NCBI GenBank assembly: GCA_018649885.1
Contig: JABIHA010000020.1
Span: 62,001-126,000 of the forward strand
Direction of reading: 5' to 3'
DNA length: 64,000 nt
Source: Bacteriovoracaceae bacterium
GTDB lineage: Bacteria > Bdellovibrionota > Bacteriovoracia > Bacteriovoracales > Bacteriovoracaceae
Shown: in pieces, positions 9,934 to 21,607 of the stretch
How the letters are laid out: each line of letters opens with the position of its first letter
Position numbering within the stretch: position 1 is the first letter of the stretch
The notes under the pieces: generated by a model
Database searches by the model: none
Seen by the model: the letters and a program-made list of their open reading frames with translations, nothing else
What the model was told of the DNA's origin: nothing
Translations under genes and position numbers: made by a program

Positions 9934-10386
9934 ATGGGAATGAAATTTTTATTAACTCTATGTGCATTGTTGATGATGTCAACAAGCCTAATGGCCTATA
10001 ACTGGGATGGTGTTTCAAGAGAAAGAGATACTCTTGGTAATGGCGTAACCATTGTGGCCAAGACATTTAGTCCTGAATACACGACTGGAAAGACAATAAT
10101 CGACATGCGTGAAGTATTGGGCCTGGGACAAGGATTTAAAAAAAGACATTTATTTATGGTTCGTGTTTTTACAAAAACAGATTTCTGCAAAGGAACAATC
10201 TCTCTAAAAGTTAATGGAACTACAATAGAGCGCCAGAAAGTTAGATGTAATGGGAAATTTTATGATTTTAGGATCCCACGATACATGGGAGTCTTAGGAA
10301 GAAGTCTCAACACACTTCACGTAAAATTGAAGGGCCGTTTCACCACAACCAGACTTGTTACAAAGTTTAAACCGAGAAATCAGTAA
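9934..10386 (+). CDS. Secreted hypothetical beta-rich protein
   Basis: Signal peptide, RBS AAGGA. Confidence 0.7.
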   Translation: MGMKFLLTLCALLMMSTSLMAYNWDGVSRERDTLGNGVTIVAKTFSPEYTTGKTIIDMREVLGLGQGFKKRHLFMVRVFTKTDFCKGTISLKVNGTTIERQKVRCNGKFYDFRIPRYMGVLGRSLNTLHVKLKGRFTTTRLVTKFKPRNQ

Positions 10387-10394
10387 AAAAATTG

Positions 10395-10436
10395 AATAGT
10401 GCCACAGACAATTATAAAAAGGACTGTGGCACTATT
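10395..10436 (+). terminator. Intrinsic terminator
   Basis: AATAGTGCCACAG..CTGTGGCACTATT followed by T-rich tract. Confidence 0.65.
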
Positions 10437-10554
10437 TTCATTTTGATGACTCGCGGCTTAACTTAATTTCTGCCCCAACTCAAATGGTGATCTGTATTCA
10501 TTTGGCGAAACTATGCTTAGAATTTAGTTTGGGTTTAAGTGCAAAGGATTTTTC

Positions 10555-11553
10555 ATGGTAGAGAGGGTCTTAGTTTTTGGGGGCAGAGGTTTTTTAGGTC
10601 GAAATATTGTAACTAGGCTTCTGTCAATTGGTTACCATGTCAGGGTATTCGATCTTCCAAGTATCACGCCCGATTTAGATCATCACCACGCCCAGTACAT
10701 TGATGGTGATATCACGGACAATCAACGAGTAATGGAACAAACTAAAAACTGTGATTACGTATTTCATTGTGCAGCTATGATTAGTTTTTGGGATAAACAA
10801 AAACCCAGACAATTTGAAGTCAATATTGGGGGAACCAAAAATATTCTTAAGGCCTGTGAATATCACCTAGTAAAAAAAATCATTTACACCAGCACTGTTA
10901 GTGCCCTTGGTTATGTAGAATCTCCAGAACATATTGGTGACGAAGAAACCCAGTTCAATTGGGGGAAATTTTCTATTGGATACCACGATTCAAAAAATTT
11001 GGCCCAGACCCTAGTTGATGAATTCGCCCAGAATAGCAATCTCCAAATTGTTTCCCTTCTTCCCGGTACAATATTCGGAAGAGGTCACTTTTCAAAATTT
11101 AGTGCTAATCACTACTTCACTGAAATTAAAAGTGGAAAGATGTTTCTCTACCCCAAAGGGGGAACCAATTGTGTCAGCGTAGAAGATGTGGTTGAAGGTC
11201 ATATTCAAGCAATTGAAAAAGGAGTTTCCGGAGAAAAATATATTCTTGGTGGAGAGAATCTAAGCTACAAAGAAATTTTTGAAACCATAGCCCAAAAGAT
11301 GAATGTCCAAGCTCCAAGGTTTCAAGTCCCTCACCTTTTAGGAATATTCGTTGGTCGCCTTCTCGAAATATTGGCCTATATAACTAAAAGGCCACCTCTA
11401 TTAACTTCCAAAGTGATCTTTGCCTCGGCAAACCACTGTTACTATAGCTCTAAGAAGGCCCAATCTTGTTTAGACTATAGTTTTAGACCATTTACTGCAA
11501 TTGCCGAAGATGTGTGCTCCTATCTAGAAGAAACCCAAGAAGGAGAAAATTAA
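10555..11553 (+). CDS. NAD-dependent epimerase/dehydratase (extended SDR, dihydroflavonol reductase/HpnA-like)
   Basis: GGRGFLG, VFHCAA, YTST, YHDSK (YxxxK), V.VEDV..GH, GEKYILGGEN. Confidence 0.9.
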   Translation: MVERVLVFGGRGFLGRNIVTRLLSIGYHVRVFDLPSITPDLDHHHAQYIDGDITDNQRVMEQTKNCDYVFHCAAMISFWDKQKPRQFEVNIGGTKNILKACEYHLVKKIIYTSTVSALGYVESPEHIGDEETQFNWGKFSIGYHDSKNLAQTLVDEFAQNSNLQIVSLLPGTIFGRGHFSKFSANHYFTEIKSGKMFLYPKGGTNCVSVEDVVEGHIQAIEKGVSGEKYILGGENLSYKEIFETIAQKMNVQAPRFQVPHLLGIFVGRLLEILAYITKRPPLLTSKVIFASANHCYYSSKKAQSCLDYSFRPFTAIAEDVCSYLEETQEGEN

Positions 11554-12461
11554 AAGAAAAATTGAAAATAAATAGGATGATGATCAGAGCCCTTACTTTT
11601 TAAAACTTTTAAGCTCTGAGCTCTTACACCTCTTCCGTAAACTTGGTCTAAATCAAGAGGAGTTCCCAGGTTTAAAAAGCTGCTTTTAAAAGTACCTCCC
11701 GTCTTCCCCAGCATATCAAGATTTTTTGAAATTAATGAGTAGGCATATGTCTTTCGAAATAAAATCTTTTTGGGAAAGTTAAAATCTCCAATGACAATAA
11801 AGCGCTGACCAGGCGGCGTTAGCATTTTTGTGAATTTCAGAAGACTCGCAAGCTGATAAATAAGGGGCTGGTTTGCCTCATTGACCATTATGTCTAAAGT
11901 TTTAAGCACTCCAAACTCTTTTTCGATTTGCATCCAAGGCTGCATTAAATGAACTGGAATTAGTGAGTACGAAGCCTTATGGACTCCATAATCAAGTTGA
12001 ACATATGTTTTGCTGTGGGGATCATCGGAAAATGGCCTTAGCCACTTTGTCTTAAATTCACTTTCTCTTCCAGCAGGGTACCAGGGCATATTTTTTTCAA
12101 TTGTCTTGTGAGGCCCGGTCTTTGAGAAAACGAGTATTCCAAACTCGGGGTAAGTTGAATTGTAGGAAAAGAATTTGTGGTAATGATAAATTCTTCTCAT
12201 TTTATCCCAGAAACTTTTTGGAAATGCCGTTTCAACAATCTCACCCATAATAAAATGCTCTGGTGAGTGAGTTTCTGCCAATTTGGTAATTTGAGATACC
12301 AGCAAAAGATTTCGACTCTTTTCTTTTTTAGAGCGTGGTATTTTTGCACCGTGAGTATCAATCCCTACCCTAGCAACATTCCACCATATAATATCGACTT
12401 CCGCTCCTAGCAGTACTGACACACTAAACAAATTCAACAAACAAAAAAGGAGCAATTTCAT
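11550..12461 (-). CDS. Secreted endonuclease/exonuclease/phosphatase (EEP) family protein
   Basis: WWNV, GE, VHL, IGDFN, LDQV, SDHHPI. Confidence 0.85.
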   Translation of the reverse strand: MKLLLFCLLNLFSVSVLLGAEVDIIWWNVARVGIDTHGAKIPRSKKEKSRNLLLVSQITKLAETHSPEHFIMGEIVETAFPKSFWDKMRRIYHYHKFFSYNSTYPEFGILVFSKTGPHKTIEKNMPWYPAGRESEFKTKWLRPFSDDPHSKTYVQLDYGVHKASYSLIPVHLMQPWMQIEKEFGVLKTLDIMVNEANQPLIYQLASLLKFTKMLTPPGQRFIVIGDFNFPKKILFRKTYAYSLISKNLDMLGKTGGTFKSSFLNLGTPLDLDQVYGRGVRAQSLKVLKSKGSDHHPIYFQFFF

Positions 12462-12561
12462 TCAATTACCCTATCAAACTAAAAAAAATCCTACCAGGAG
12501 ACTTTTAACTGATTATTCCAAATTAATTCAATTTTAAACCTAACCCTCCGAGTATTAGCAT

Positions 12562-13338
12562 ATGAAAATAAGTAATTTCACAGTAGTTATGATCCTTTTC
12601 ATTGCTTACTCCTGCTCTACGGCTCCCAAGCAAAAGCGTGCAGCACAAAAGTACTGGAAACCTCATCCTCAAAACTTCCAAATTATCCATTTAGATAAAA
12701 TTAAAAATCCATGGAAAATCATAAAAGACAATTCCTTAGTCAATACCGAGCTTGATCAGATTACTCCAGAATTTATGCATGAATCTAAACGAAGAGGAGT
12801 AAGAGTCGTTGCCTATTTTAGTGCATCCTTTGAAAAATGGAGGGCAGATGCTCCTAAATATCCCAAAAAGGCCAAAGGCAAAAAAATGGGAGACTGGGAC
12901 GAGCTATGGGGAGATATCTCAAAAAAAGAGCTCAGAGATTTTTTAGAAATTCGTATGAAAAAGGCCAAAGCACTAGGTGTTGATGGAATTGAAATTGATA
13001 ATACTGATATTGCTTACAATGAAGTAGGTTTTAAAGTGAGTCCAGAAGAAAACCTCCAAGCCTTAATTGATCTTGCAAGTAGAGCACACAAACACGGTCT
13101 TGCCATCTTTCTAAAAAATACAGGAGATCTTGCTCAGGAGTTGGCGAAACATTTTGATGGTGTCTTTAGTGAGTCTCCCATCCGCTATAATGAGTATGAT
13201 GATTTTCTTCCCTTTATAAATAAAGGACGACCAGTTTATATAATTGAATACCAACGCCGATTTTGCACACCAGTTGCAGGAGCAGTTGTTCAATTGAAAA
13301 AAGATTATTTTTCAACCAACTATAAAATATGTGAATAG
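12562..13338 (+). CDS. GH114 endo-alpha-1,4-polygalactosaminidase family lipoprotein
   Basis: VVAYFSA.FE.WR.DA, DGIEIDN, GLAIFLKN, FDG..SES, KGRPVYIIEY; lipobox-like YSC. Confidence 0.82.
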   Translation: MKISNFTVVMILFIAYSCSTAPKQKRAAQKYWKPHPQNFQIIHLDKIKNPWKIIKDNSLVNTELDQITPEFMHESKRRGVRVVAYFSASFEKWRADAPKYPKKAKGKKMGDWDELWGDISKKELRDFLEIRMKKAKALGVDGIEIDNTDIAYNEVGFKVSPEENLQALIDLASRAHKHGLAIFLKNTGDLAQELAKHFDGVFSESPIRYNEYDDFLPFINKGRPVYIIEYQRRFCTPVAGAVVQLKKDYFSTNYKICE

Positions 13339-13491
13339 AAAGAAATTCTACATTCCTGTACCTAGGAGAAAAAGTCTTAGTATCTTTAATGATGCATTGC
13401 CGGTGTAAAGCTTACCTCTAAAGTTTCTTGTAGTATTCAAAACATAGTATTTCTGGGATATTGCGTTGAAACTTTGAAATAGGAAACGGGA

Positions 13492-14052
13492 ATGAAAAAA
13501 CTAATTATTTTAGCTTTAGTGATGGTGTCTATTAATATTCAGGCAGCAAAGATTAAAATCGACTACAGTGAGAGCACTCTTGTAGGTGATTACAAGGCCC
13601 TTTTTGAGCAAGCTTTAGAGCTACAGGCCTTGAGTATGGAGTCTACACCAATTTTAAAACATGATGGTGTCGTAGGACTCGATAGTATTCATATTGAAAA
13701 AAAAATCGGTCAAAGTGAGCTGAAGGCAGTTAGACAGCTACTACACGCACACTTTGGTTGCAACTCAGGTGAGGAAAATGAAATAACTGCTGAATTACAA
13801 AACCACTCTGTAGACAGCACTATTTTCTTTGACGCTTTTACAGTTAAAGGTGAAGAAACCACAACTGACTTTACATACAAACTGATTCAGTTTTCTGACA
13901 AAGTAAGAAATATCTCTAAGAAATCTGGAAATAAACTCTACAAAGTTAATTACAGTGGTGGTGGCGCATGTGAGTTTGGCGTCGATGGATTTTTTATCCT
14001 CGATAAGGAAAACTCACAGGGAATCATGGCCTATATTAGCTGGGAATCCTAA
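13492..14052 (+). CDS. Secreted hypothetical protein
   Basis: Signal peptide; followed by hairpin at 14066-14098. Confidence 0.7.
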   Translation: MKKLIILALVMVSINIQAAKIKIDYSESTLVGDYKALFEQALELQALSMESTPILKHDGVVGLDSIHIEKKIGQSELKAVRQLLHAHFGCNSGEENEITAELQNHSVDSTIFFDAFTVKGEETTTDFTYKLIQFSDKVRNISKKSGNKLYKVNYSGGGACEFGVDGFFILDKENSQGIMAYISWES

Positions 14053-14239
14053 AACCAAAACTATTGTGCGGCCTTTCGCTGAGGTGATAAAGCCGCACCT
14101 TCTCCTTACATATCAAATTCCTATAATTCATGAAACGCCCTCATAAAATAATTCACAGCGAAAGCTTAATAGTAGACTGGAACTCAAACCTAGTGGTACA
14201 AAGTCTTGATTCAAATTAGTTCTAAAAGGGATAAATCAT

Positions 14240-14875
14240 ATGAAAATCGTATATTTTTTTCTCATCCTGACTACATCTGTTGCCCACTCTAGTGGAACCA
14301 AGAGGATGTTAAGAGCTTATAATATAGACACTGAAATCGTTCTAGACCACAGAATGCCCAGAGACCCTGATTTTCTTAAATTGAAGTTTAGGCACCAAAT
14401 AGAGCTTCAGCTATTCGAAGAATCCAAGGCCATAACCAGTAGATGTGAATTCAAGTCAAATATAGGAGATGTAGGCGAAATACGAATTTTTGAAGTTGGA
14501 GATTATAGAGCTTCACTAGATTTCACAACTATTTCTAACAATCCAGGTGGGATTTATAAAAGTAGAGAATGGAAATATTACAATAGAAGAAATATAGAAT
14601 ATAAGCGAAATCGTATATTAAGGAATTATGACCTACAAGAATCAGCATTTAACAAATTCACATCTTACAAAAGCAGCTACCTTGAGGGCCTAAAACGAGA
14701 TAAACAAGCTGGTAACTTAACACTATCTATTTACTCACAAAATACCCCAGGCACTAGCAATAAACTACTGGCATCCATCAATTGTACAGATGCATTCACA
14801 TATCACGACTTAGCTCTCGCCTTAGGAAATGATATTATTTTTTACGTCAATCCTGAAGTTGTCATTATAGAGTAA
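14240..14875 (+). CDS. Secreted hypothetical protein
   Basis: Signal peptide, RBS AAGGGG. Confidence 0.7.
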   Translation: MKIVYFFLILTTSVAHSSGTKRMLRAYNIDTEIVLDHRMPRDPDFLKLKFRHQIELQLFEESKAITSRCEFKSNIGDVGEIRIFEVGDYRASLDFTTISNNPGGIYKSREWKYYNRRNIEYKRNRILRNYDLQESAFNKFTSYKSSYLEGLKRDKQAGNLTLSIYSQNTPGTSNKLLASINCTDAFTYHDLALALGNDIIFYVNPEVVIIE

Positions 14876-14953
14876 CTCTTCTTAAATTATTGATTTCAGT
14901 CCATACTAGTCAGTTAGACCGAGTCGTTAGCTCGGTTTACTTAACCTCAAATT

Positions 14954-16195
14954 ATGGAAGAGCTTGGAAATGCTCCTATGCGATCAACTATTGGCACTAT
15001 TTTTTGGGAAATGGGTCTTGAGGGTGAGTGGTTTTCTAATTACCTAGAATTTCACGTATGGGATATGTTGCCTCAAGAAGTGCTTTTAAAAGCAGGTACT
15101 GAACAAGATGCAGTTTTCAAAAAGAGATTAGAAACTGAGATTTTTTCAAATCCAGAGATCGTTAAAAAAATGAGATGCTCTTTAAAAGTTGATGATCAAA
15201 AAGAATTTTGTAATCCTGCAACTTTGGCCGAAATTGCTGGAGTGAAGGGGGAAAATAATATCAAACACCAAAAAATTGATGGCAATTTCCAACGATGTGA
15301 GATGCTCGATCGAATTACTTCAAAAGTTAAGCAAATAGAATATGAAATAAGCGCGAAAAGGGGTTCTCCTTCAGCTAATGTGCCCGATACGTCACTGATA
15401 GAAAGAGGGAAAAGCTGTGGACCAAGTGATAGCTTTTCCTCCAAAACAATTGATGTTAGCTGCACGGATGATTCACTACTGGCACAATCTGGAGATGATC
15501 AGGGTCCAAGTCGAATGGATGACATCGTCATTGCCACTTGTAACGCCACTGGAGTATGTCTTCAGAACTTATCCTCTGAGTCTCTTGGGTTAAGCTCACA
15601 AACTATTGATCTTCTCTCAGGGTTAAAGAGCTCATACTCTCGCCAGCTAGCATCTACAGATTCTTCATTTGGTGATTTATACCAAAGTTTTACCTCTATA
15701 GAAAGAGAGTGCCGTGGAGAACTAAGCCAGGCCCTAGGTGGAAAATTCCACGTAGGCAGCAGCTATGATGTTAAGCCATTTTCTCCAATCAAAGTGGCTT
15801 ACTTTGAAAAGGATGACAAAGGAAAAGACAAAAAAGAGTCTGAAATGAGGAATTTACCTGAAGGCGTTTCGGGAAAAATAACAATCACAAGAATAAAACC
15901 GGATTGGACAGGCCAGTTAGTTGCCACAGGGTCTCTACTCGTAACGAAGAATCAAGATAAAGATGACAATATCATTTTCAATAAACAACAAAAATGCCGT
16001 CATCTCGTGTGTGAGGGAGAATATGTAGAAGTCAAAATACCTCTCACTGGCCTAGAAAATGTTGATTTCGGTAACCATATAGGTGAGAATATAACCTCTA
16101 CTGACTGTACCGAAGTGGCCCAACTACAAAGTCAAAAAGCTAGTCCTGCTTCATACAATGACTCTAGTCGCAACCCTGCAAGTATCTCAGATTAA
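14954..16195 (+). CDS. Hypothetical Cys-containing protein with C-terminal RNPAS motif (N-terminus possibly lost)
   Basis: 413-aa ORF; no clear RBS or signal peptide. Confidence 0.6.
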   Translation: MEELGNAPMRSTIGTIFWEMGLEGEWFSNYLEFHVWDMLPQEVLLKAGTEQDAVFKKRLETEIFSNPEIVKKMRCSLKVDDQKEFCNPATLAEIAGVKGENNIKHQKIDGNFQRCEMLDRITSKVKQIEYEISAKRGSPSANVPDTSLIERGKSCGPSDSFSSKTIDVSCTDDSLLAQSGDDQGPSRMDDIVIATCNATGVCLQNLSSESLGLSSQTIDLLSGLKSSYSRQLASTDSSFGDLYQSFTSIERECRGELSQALGGKFHVGSSYDVKPFSPIKVAYFEKDDKGKDKKESEMRNLPEGVSGKITITRIKPDWTGQLVATGSLLVTKNQDKDDNIIFNKQQKCRHLVCEGEYVEVKIPLTGLENVDFGNHIGENITSTDCTEVAQLQSQKASPASYNDSSRNPASISD

Positions 16196-16196
16196 A

Positions 16197-17145
16197 TTAA
16201 GGTTTCTCAATATCTAATTGCTCAAGAACATAAGAAAATGTATCGGTACCAAAGATTGTATCATCAGGTAAGGCCACACCACTACGATAATTTTGGCCGT
16301 ATATTACAAATGGAATAATATAATTGTCTTCACTAAACATATCGTAGCTAAGAACAGAAGGATCATCGATATTAACTTCATTTCCTTCAGGATCTTCAGT
16401 GCCATGATGCTTCCCGTGACCACCATGATCAGCTGTAACGATAATAGTTGTATTTTCAAAATTAGGATCCGTGGCCTCAAGCTCTTTAACAATTTCTCCA
16501 ATCATACCATCAACTCTTCTGAGATTTTTATGTTGTCTCAGCTTATCCCATCCAGATCTCCAGTGTCCCGCCCAATCTACATCAGCAAAGTGTACAAATA
16601 GGAAATTGGGGTTGTGATCACGTATTATGTTTAGAGCATTTCTAAGTACAGTTCTTGAATTCTCGTATTTTGCAATCTCAAAAATAGGTGCTTGTAAGAG
16701 TTTAAAAAATTCAACTTTGGGGTTCGGGGCCATGAGATAATCAACCGCATCGTAGCTATCGTCCACGGTTAAAATTGATTTAAGTTTAAACTTTGAAAAA
16801 GATGCTGCTGTGACTAGCTCAGGGTCATGCTTTTTTATAACATCATAAAGTGTTGGGTCCTGAACTTGCTCATCGGCCGTATAAAGATTATTTAGCATAC
16901 CATGCTCAACTGGGTGAAGACCTGTCAGCATTGAAGTGTGGCCCGGTATCGTTCGAGAGGGTAAAACTGCTTTAGCGCGAAATGTGGCACTACCTTTCTC
17001 ACCCAAAGCCTTAATATTTGGGGCGAATTCGCTTTTAGCGAGGTGATCCCATCAGGCCATCAACACTAATCAGGACAACCCTTTTTCCTGCCACTACAGA
17101 ACTTGATAATAGAAATAATAAGGTAAATGAAAGCGAATACTTCAT
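16197..17145 (-). pseudogene. Alkaline phosphatase/NPP-superfamily phosphodiesterase, frameshifted near 17050
   Basis: ATG 17145 gives signal peptide + KRVVLISVDGL then TAA at 17037-17035; another frame continues DHLAKSEFAPNI..PSRTIPGHTSMLTG..DVDWAGH..TADHGG. Confidence 0.82.
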
Positions 17146-17325
17146 GATTTGATCTCCGAGATACTTAATTTTATCCAATAAGCGTTTTTTTTGTGCAGGC
17201 CAACCTTACAACAAAAGAAGATTTGATAAAATCCTAGGTGTAATAACTATATGTTTTTATTCTGAGTTGTTGTGCCCTGGGCACAGGTAAACGACCAGAT
17301 CTAATTTACTGGCAAAAAATTGAGA

Positions 17326-17356
17326 CCAGGAGGTTTTTGGATGAAAAACCTCCTGG
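17326..17356 (-). terminator. Terminator hairpin after protease gene
   Basis: CCAGGAGGTTTTT..AAAAACCTCCTGG 13-bp stem. Confidence 0.65.
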
Positions 17357-17364
17357 ATTAATTA

Positions 17365-18315
17365 CTATCTTTGTAATGTATGGCCTGATTTTTCAATGAA
17401 CTTTTTAATTTCTTTGTAAGCACTTGGCACTGAACTAAAAAATGAGCTTAACCCTGTAAGACAACTTTGATTGCTTGTTAAATCCGACTTTTTTATTCCT
17501 GCTGGAGTTTTTACAAGCCCTCCACTTAAAATTCCGTATAGTTTCCCACCTCTTACAAGTGGTCCACCACTATCACCTGGACATGTTGTTGGCAGGCCCA
17601 TAAGAGTTGAGGCCGTGGCTGGCTCCAAGAGAGCACGGTAAACAAATTCAGCTCGGTGATTTGGGTTATACTGTGTAATCATATCCATTGTATGAGATCC
17701 AATGACTGGCAGTGTACTGAGGCCTAATCTTACTCCCGAGCTATCAGACAGCCATGCATAAAACTGCATATCGGCTTTACCTAACTTAGGAAGTAAGTCC
17801 CAAAGCACTTGTACTCCGGATGATTCGCCACTTCTTATAGTTTTCAAAGCAAGGCCAGTTTGGCGATCACGGTACCGATCAACAATTCCAGTAGCACCAA
17901 AGCCTAGTGCCGTAAGAGGGTCTAAAGCTGTGACTGATTTATGGCCTTCTAAGGTCATAGGCGTAATGCTGGTCACTTCTCTTTCTAAAGTCAAAATGGC
18001 CAAATCTGGTTTATTACTAATCCCATTGCTGTCGACTCCACCAACAAAAGGCTGCGAACTGCTTCCTCTAAACACCTTATAACTTTGTCCATTTACCACT
18101 TCATTTGTTGCAGGAAGAATGAAAACTGATTTCAATGTGTAACAATGCTCAGCTGTCAAAACATGCCTTGGCGTGATTAATGTACCTGTGCAAGAGCCAG
18201 AGGGATTAGAAATAATACCTACTGCTGGAAACTCAGAAGAGTAATCCGATCGATTATATCTAATTCCCCACGCTGTGGATGTTAATAGTAACAAAGATAA
18301 TGTAAAAAATTTCAT
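17365..18315 (-). CDS. Secreted trypsin-like (S1) serine protease
   Basis: CTGTLI..LTAEHC, DLAIL, TCPGDSGGPL; signal peptide. Confidence 0.93.
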   Translation of the reverse strand: MKFFTLSLLLLTSTAWGIRYNRSDYSSEFPAVGIISNPSGSCTGTLITPRHVLTAEHCYTLKSVFILPATNEVVNGQSYKVFRGSSSQPFVGGVDSNGISNKPDLAILTLEREVTSITPMTLEGHKSVTALDPLTALGFGATGIVDRYRDRQTGLALKTIRSGESSGVQVLWDLLPKLGKADMQFYAWLSDSSGVRLGLSTLPVIGSHTMDMITQYNPNHRAEFVYRALLEPATASTLMGLPTTCPGDSGGPLVRGGKLYGILSGGLVKTPAGIKKSDLTSNQSCLTGLSSFFSSVPSAYKEIKKFIEKSGHTLQR

Positions 18316-18635
18316 ATAGAACTCCTATTCATAGTATTAAAAATTTGAATACTTCAATACTGATTAAAATTTTGTGCTAGCAAAATAATATAGTAATTTT
18401 AAATTTCAAAATAGTTCACAGGTAACAGTTACAGTGACTGTAAATGAGAAGACGAGCTATAAACTAAAGAGGTTTCATCAGCACTGAAACAACAAAAACA
18501 AGGAGCTTAAGTTCATGGTGAAAATTACCATATCAATTTTCTTAATATCTTTTTTCAATTTTTTAAAAAAGTGTTGATGAGACGAATTCAACACTTTCTA
18601 ATTGAATTATAGAATTTTCTTAAATGGGCAGGCCT

Positions 18636-21518
18636 TTACTGATTTAATAATCTCTTAAGAAAGTTTCCTGTGGGACTTTTTTTGCTTCCTGCTACTTTTT
18701 CTGGAGAACCGGCGGCAATAATCTTACCTCCCCCTTGTCCTCCCTCAGGTCCTAGGTCAATAACCCAGTCAGCACTCTTAACCACATCGAGATTGTGCTC
18801 AATAACCACAACAGTATTACCTGCATCAACAAGCTTTTCGAGAACGGCCAAGAGTTTTCTAATATCTTGAAAATGTAGTCCTGTAGTTGGCTCATCTAGA
18901 ATATAAAGAGTTCTTCCTGTGGCCCTCTTTGAGAGCTCCTTCGCAAGTTTTATTCTTTGTGCCTCACCACCAGAGAGATGAGTAGCAGGTTGACCAAGCT
19001 TAATATAATCAAGGCCAACTTCCATTAGAGTATCAAGGATTTTTGCAATTTGGGGTTGGTTGGTAAAAAGCTCTCTTGCCTGTTCAATGCTGAGATCAAG
19101 AACATCGGCAATTGAGTGGTCCTTAAACTTAATCCTCAGTGTTCCTTCATTAAATCGTTTTGTTTTGCAGACCTCGCATGGAACCATGACATCGGCGAGA
19201 AAGTGCATTTCTACTTTTATATGCCCGTCTCCCTCACAGCTTTCACATCGTCCGCCTTTAACATTAAAAGAAAACCTTCCCTTTTTATAACCTAAGGCCT
19301 TGGCATCTGGCACCATGGCAAAGAGATCACGAATATGATCAAAGAGTTTGGTATAGGTCGCTGGATTACTCCTAGGTGTTTTACCAATGGCCTTCTGGTC
19401 TATATTGATAACTTTATCAAGGTTTTCAAGGCCTTGAATTTCACTGTGCTCCCCTACTTCTATATCAGTATTGTGAAGCATTTTACTCAGAGCTGGATAG
19501 AGAATTTGATTAATAAGTGAAGACTTTCCTGCACCGGAAACTCCACTGACACAAGTGAAAAGTCCAAGAGGAATATCACAATCAATATTTTGAAGGTTAT
19601 TGGCGTTGGCCCCAAGAATTTTTATCCAATCGTCCCCTGGTACTCGCCTCTCATCAGGAATTGCCATTTTTTCTTTTCCGGACAAAAACTTTCCTGTAAT
19701 AGAACGCTTATTTCTTTTGAGTTGAGCAGGAGTTCCTTCCGCTATCACTTGACCGCCAAGTCTACCGGCACCAGGCCCTATATCTAAAATCCAGTCAGCT
19801 GATTCCATGGTTTCTTGATCGTGTTCAACTACCAGTAGCGAATTTCCAATATCTCTCAGGTGGCAAAGCGTTTCTATTAATTTAATATTATCTCTCTGGT
19901 GAAGACCAATAGAGGGCTCATCGAGAATATAGAGAACTCCAGTAAGCTCACTTCCAATTTGAGAGGCAAGTCGTATTCTTTGAGCCTCTCCTCCTGATAG
20001 AGTAGGTCCACTTCGATCAAGACTCAAGTAATTGAGACCCACATTAACTAAAAACCCTAAGCGAGTTGTGATTTCTTTTAAAAGCTCTTCAGAGATCAGC
20101 TTTTCATTTCCCGTAAGCTTGAGCTTTGAGAAAAATATATGGGCGTCACCAATGCTCAGTGCAGTTATATCATTTATCGATTTTTTCTTAATCAAAATGG
20201 AGTTAACACTTGCTTTAAGTCTTTGGCCTGCACAATCAGCACATCCAAGAGTTGAAGTATATTTTGCAACCCATGACTTTCGCCCCTGAGTTTGATGTTT
20301 CATATAAAGACGCATAAGCCTTGTTATGAGTCCCTCGTAATTAGCATTCCAGTGATACTCTCCATTGTCACCATCCCAAGACAGGCTCAGCTCATACCTA
20401 GGATCCGTACTCCCATCCAAAACCCGCTGTCTTAATTTTTTGGGAAGTTTATTCCACGGTTTGTTTAGGTCAAGCTTCCAATCTTTTTCAAGAGCATTAA
20501 TTCTAGCAAGTCCCCATGACATCTCTTTTTTACGACCGCGACTATCAAAGTAATTGTCCCATGGACGAACTGCTCCCATGCTAATAGACAAATTGGGATC
20601 AGTGATAATCTTTTTCTCATCAATTGAGATCACACTTCCAATGCCGTTGCAGGTCTCACACATTCCGTGTGGAGAATTAAACGAAAACAGCTGGGGAATA
20701 AGCTCTGGGAAAGCGTGACCACAGCAACTCCTTGCCTCACTCATTTTTATATCTTCACGGTTTTCAACGTGTACGATCAACTGTCCAGCCCCAACCTTTA
20801 AGGCAAGCTCAAGACTGTCGAGAAGCCTTTTAGTGAATGCCTCCCCTTTTTTGACAACTAGTCGATCGACGACGACTTCTAAATTGTGTTTTTTATTCTT
20901 TGCAAGTGATTGCACATCCCCTATCGGTTGAACAACACCATCAATTCTAACTCTTGAAAAACCATCCGCTTTAATATTGATCAAAAGATCTTTAAATTCC
21001 CCTTTACGATTTTCAACAACAGGGGCCATTAGAAGAAACTTTGTGCCCTGGGGAATCTTCAGTATTTGCTCAACCATATTCTGAGCAGTTCCTCTTCCCA
21101 CCTCTTTGTTACATATGTGACAATACTGGGTACCGACTCTTGCAAATAAAACTCTTAGGTAGTCATAAATTTCTGTAATGGTTCCAACAGTAGAGCGAGG
21201 GTTTTTACTTGCTGATTTTTGTTCAATAGCAATAGTGGGAGATAGTCCACGAATGGTGTCATACTTGGGCTTTTCCATTTGTCCCAAAAACTGACGGGCA
21301 TAAGAAGAAAGAGACTCAACATATCGTCTCTGTCCCTCAGCATAGATGGTATCAAAGGCCAGAGATGATTTCCCCGAACCAGAAACACCGGTTATAACAA
21401 CAAGTTTTTTCTTGGGGATTTCCACATCAATATTTTTGAGATTATGCTCTTTAGCACCGATAATTTGGATATTATTGAACTCTTTAATTACGGGTCTTTT
21501 TACTCTTTTTTGTGTCAT
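18636..21518 (-). CDS. uvrA: Excinuclease ABC subunit A
   Basis: [23 protein letters not shown], two ABC cassettes with LSGGEAQRI, Zn fingers. Confidence 0.98.
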   Translation of the reverse strand: MTQKRVKRPVIKEFNNIQIIGAKEHNLKNIDVEIPKKKLVVITGVSGSGKSSLAFDTIYAEGQRRYVESLSSYARQFLGQMEKPKYDTIRGLSPTIAIEQKSASKNPRSTVGTITEIYDYLRVLFARVGTQYCHICNKEVGRGTAQNMVEQILKIPQGTKFLLMAPVVENRKGEFKDLLINIKADGFSRVRIDGVVQPIGDVQSLAKNKKHNLEVVVDRLVVKKGEAFTKRLLDSLELALKVGAGQLIVHVENREDIKMSEARSCCGHAFPELIPQLFSFNSPHGMCETCNGIGSVISIDEKKIITDPNLSISMGAVRPWDNYFDSRGRKKEMSWGLARINALEKDWKLDLNKPWNKLPKKLRQRVLDGSTDPRYELSLSWDGDNGEYHWNANYEGLITRLMRLYMKHQTQGRKSWVAKYTSTLGCADCAGQRLKASVNSILIKKKSINDITALSIGDAHIFFSKLKLTGNEKLISEELLKEITTRLGFLVNVGLNYLSLDRSGPTLSGGEAQRIRLASQIGSELTGVLYILDEPSIGLHQRDNIKLIETLCHLRDIGNSLLVVEHDQETMESADWILDIGPGAGRLGGQVIAEGTPAQLKRNKRSITGKFLSGKEKMAIPDERRVPGDDWIKILGANANNLQNIDCDIPLGLFTCVSGVSGAGKSSLINQILYPALSKMLHNTDIEVGEHSEIQGLENLDKVINIDQKAIGKTPRSNPATYTKLFDHIRDLFAMVPDAKALGYKKGRFSFNVKGGRCESCEGDGHIKVEMHFLADVMVPCEVCKTKRFNEGTLRIKFKDHSIADVLDLSIEQARELFTNQPQIAKILDTLMEVGLDYIKLGQPATHLSGGEAQRIKLAKELSKRATGRTLYILDEPTTGLHFQDIRKLLAVLEKLVDAGNTVVVIEHNLDVVKSADWVIDLGPEGGQGGGKIIAAGSPEKVAGSKKSPTGNFLKRLLNQ

Positions 21519-21607
21519 TTTGGCTTCACTTTTGTAGCTTGATTTTTCGTTAAATCAATACCATCTCTCACGCCAAATGACGATACCCTATGCGCGGTGC
21601 GCGCCCC

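Noticed and set aside
21519..21607. SOS box upstream of uvrA
   Set aside because: No recognisable LexA palindrome of either the CTGT-N8-ACAG or TTAC-N3-GTAA type.
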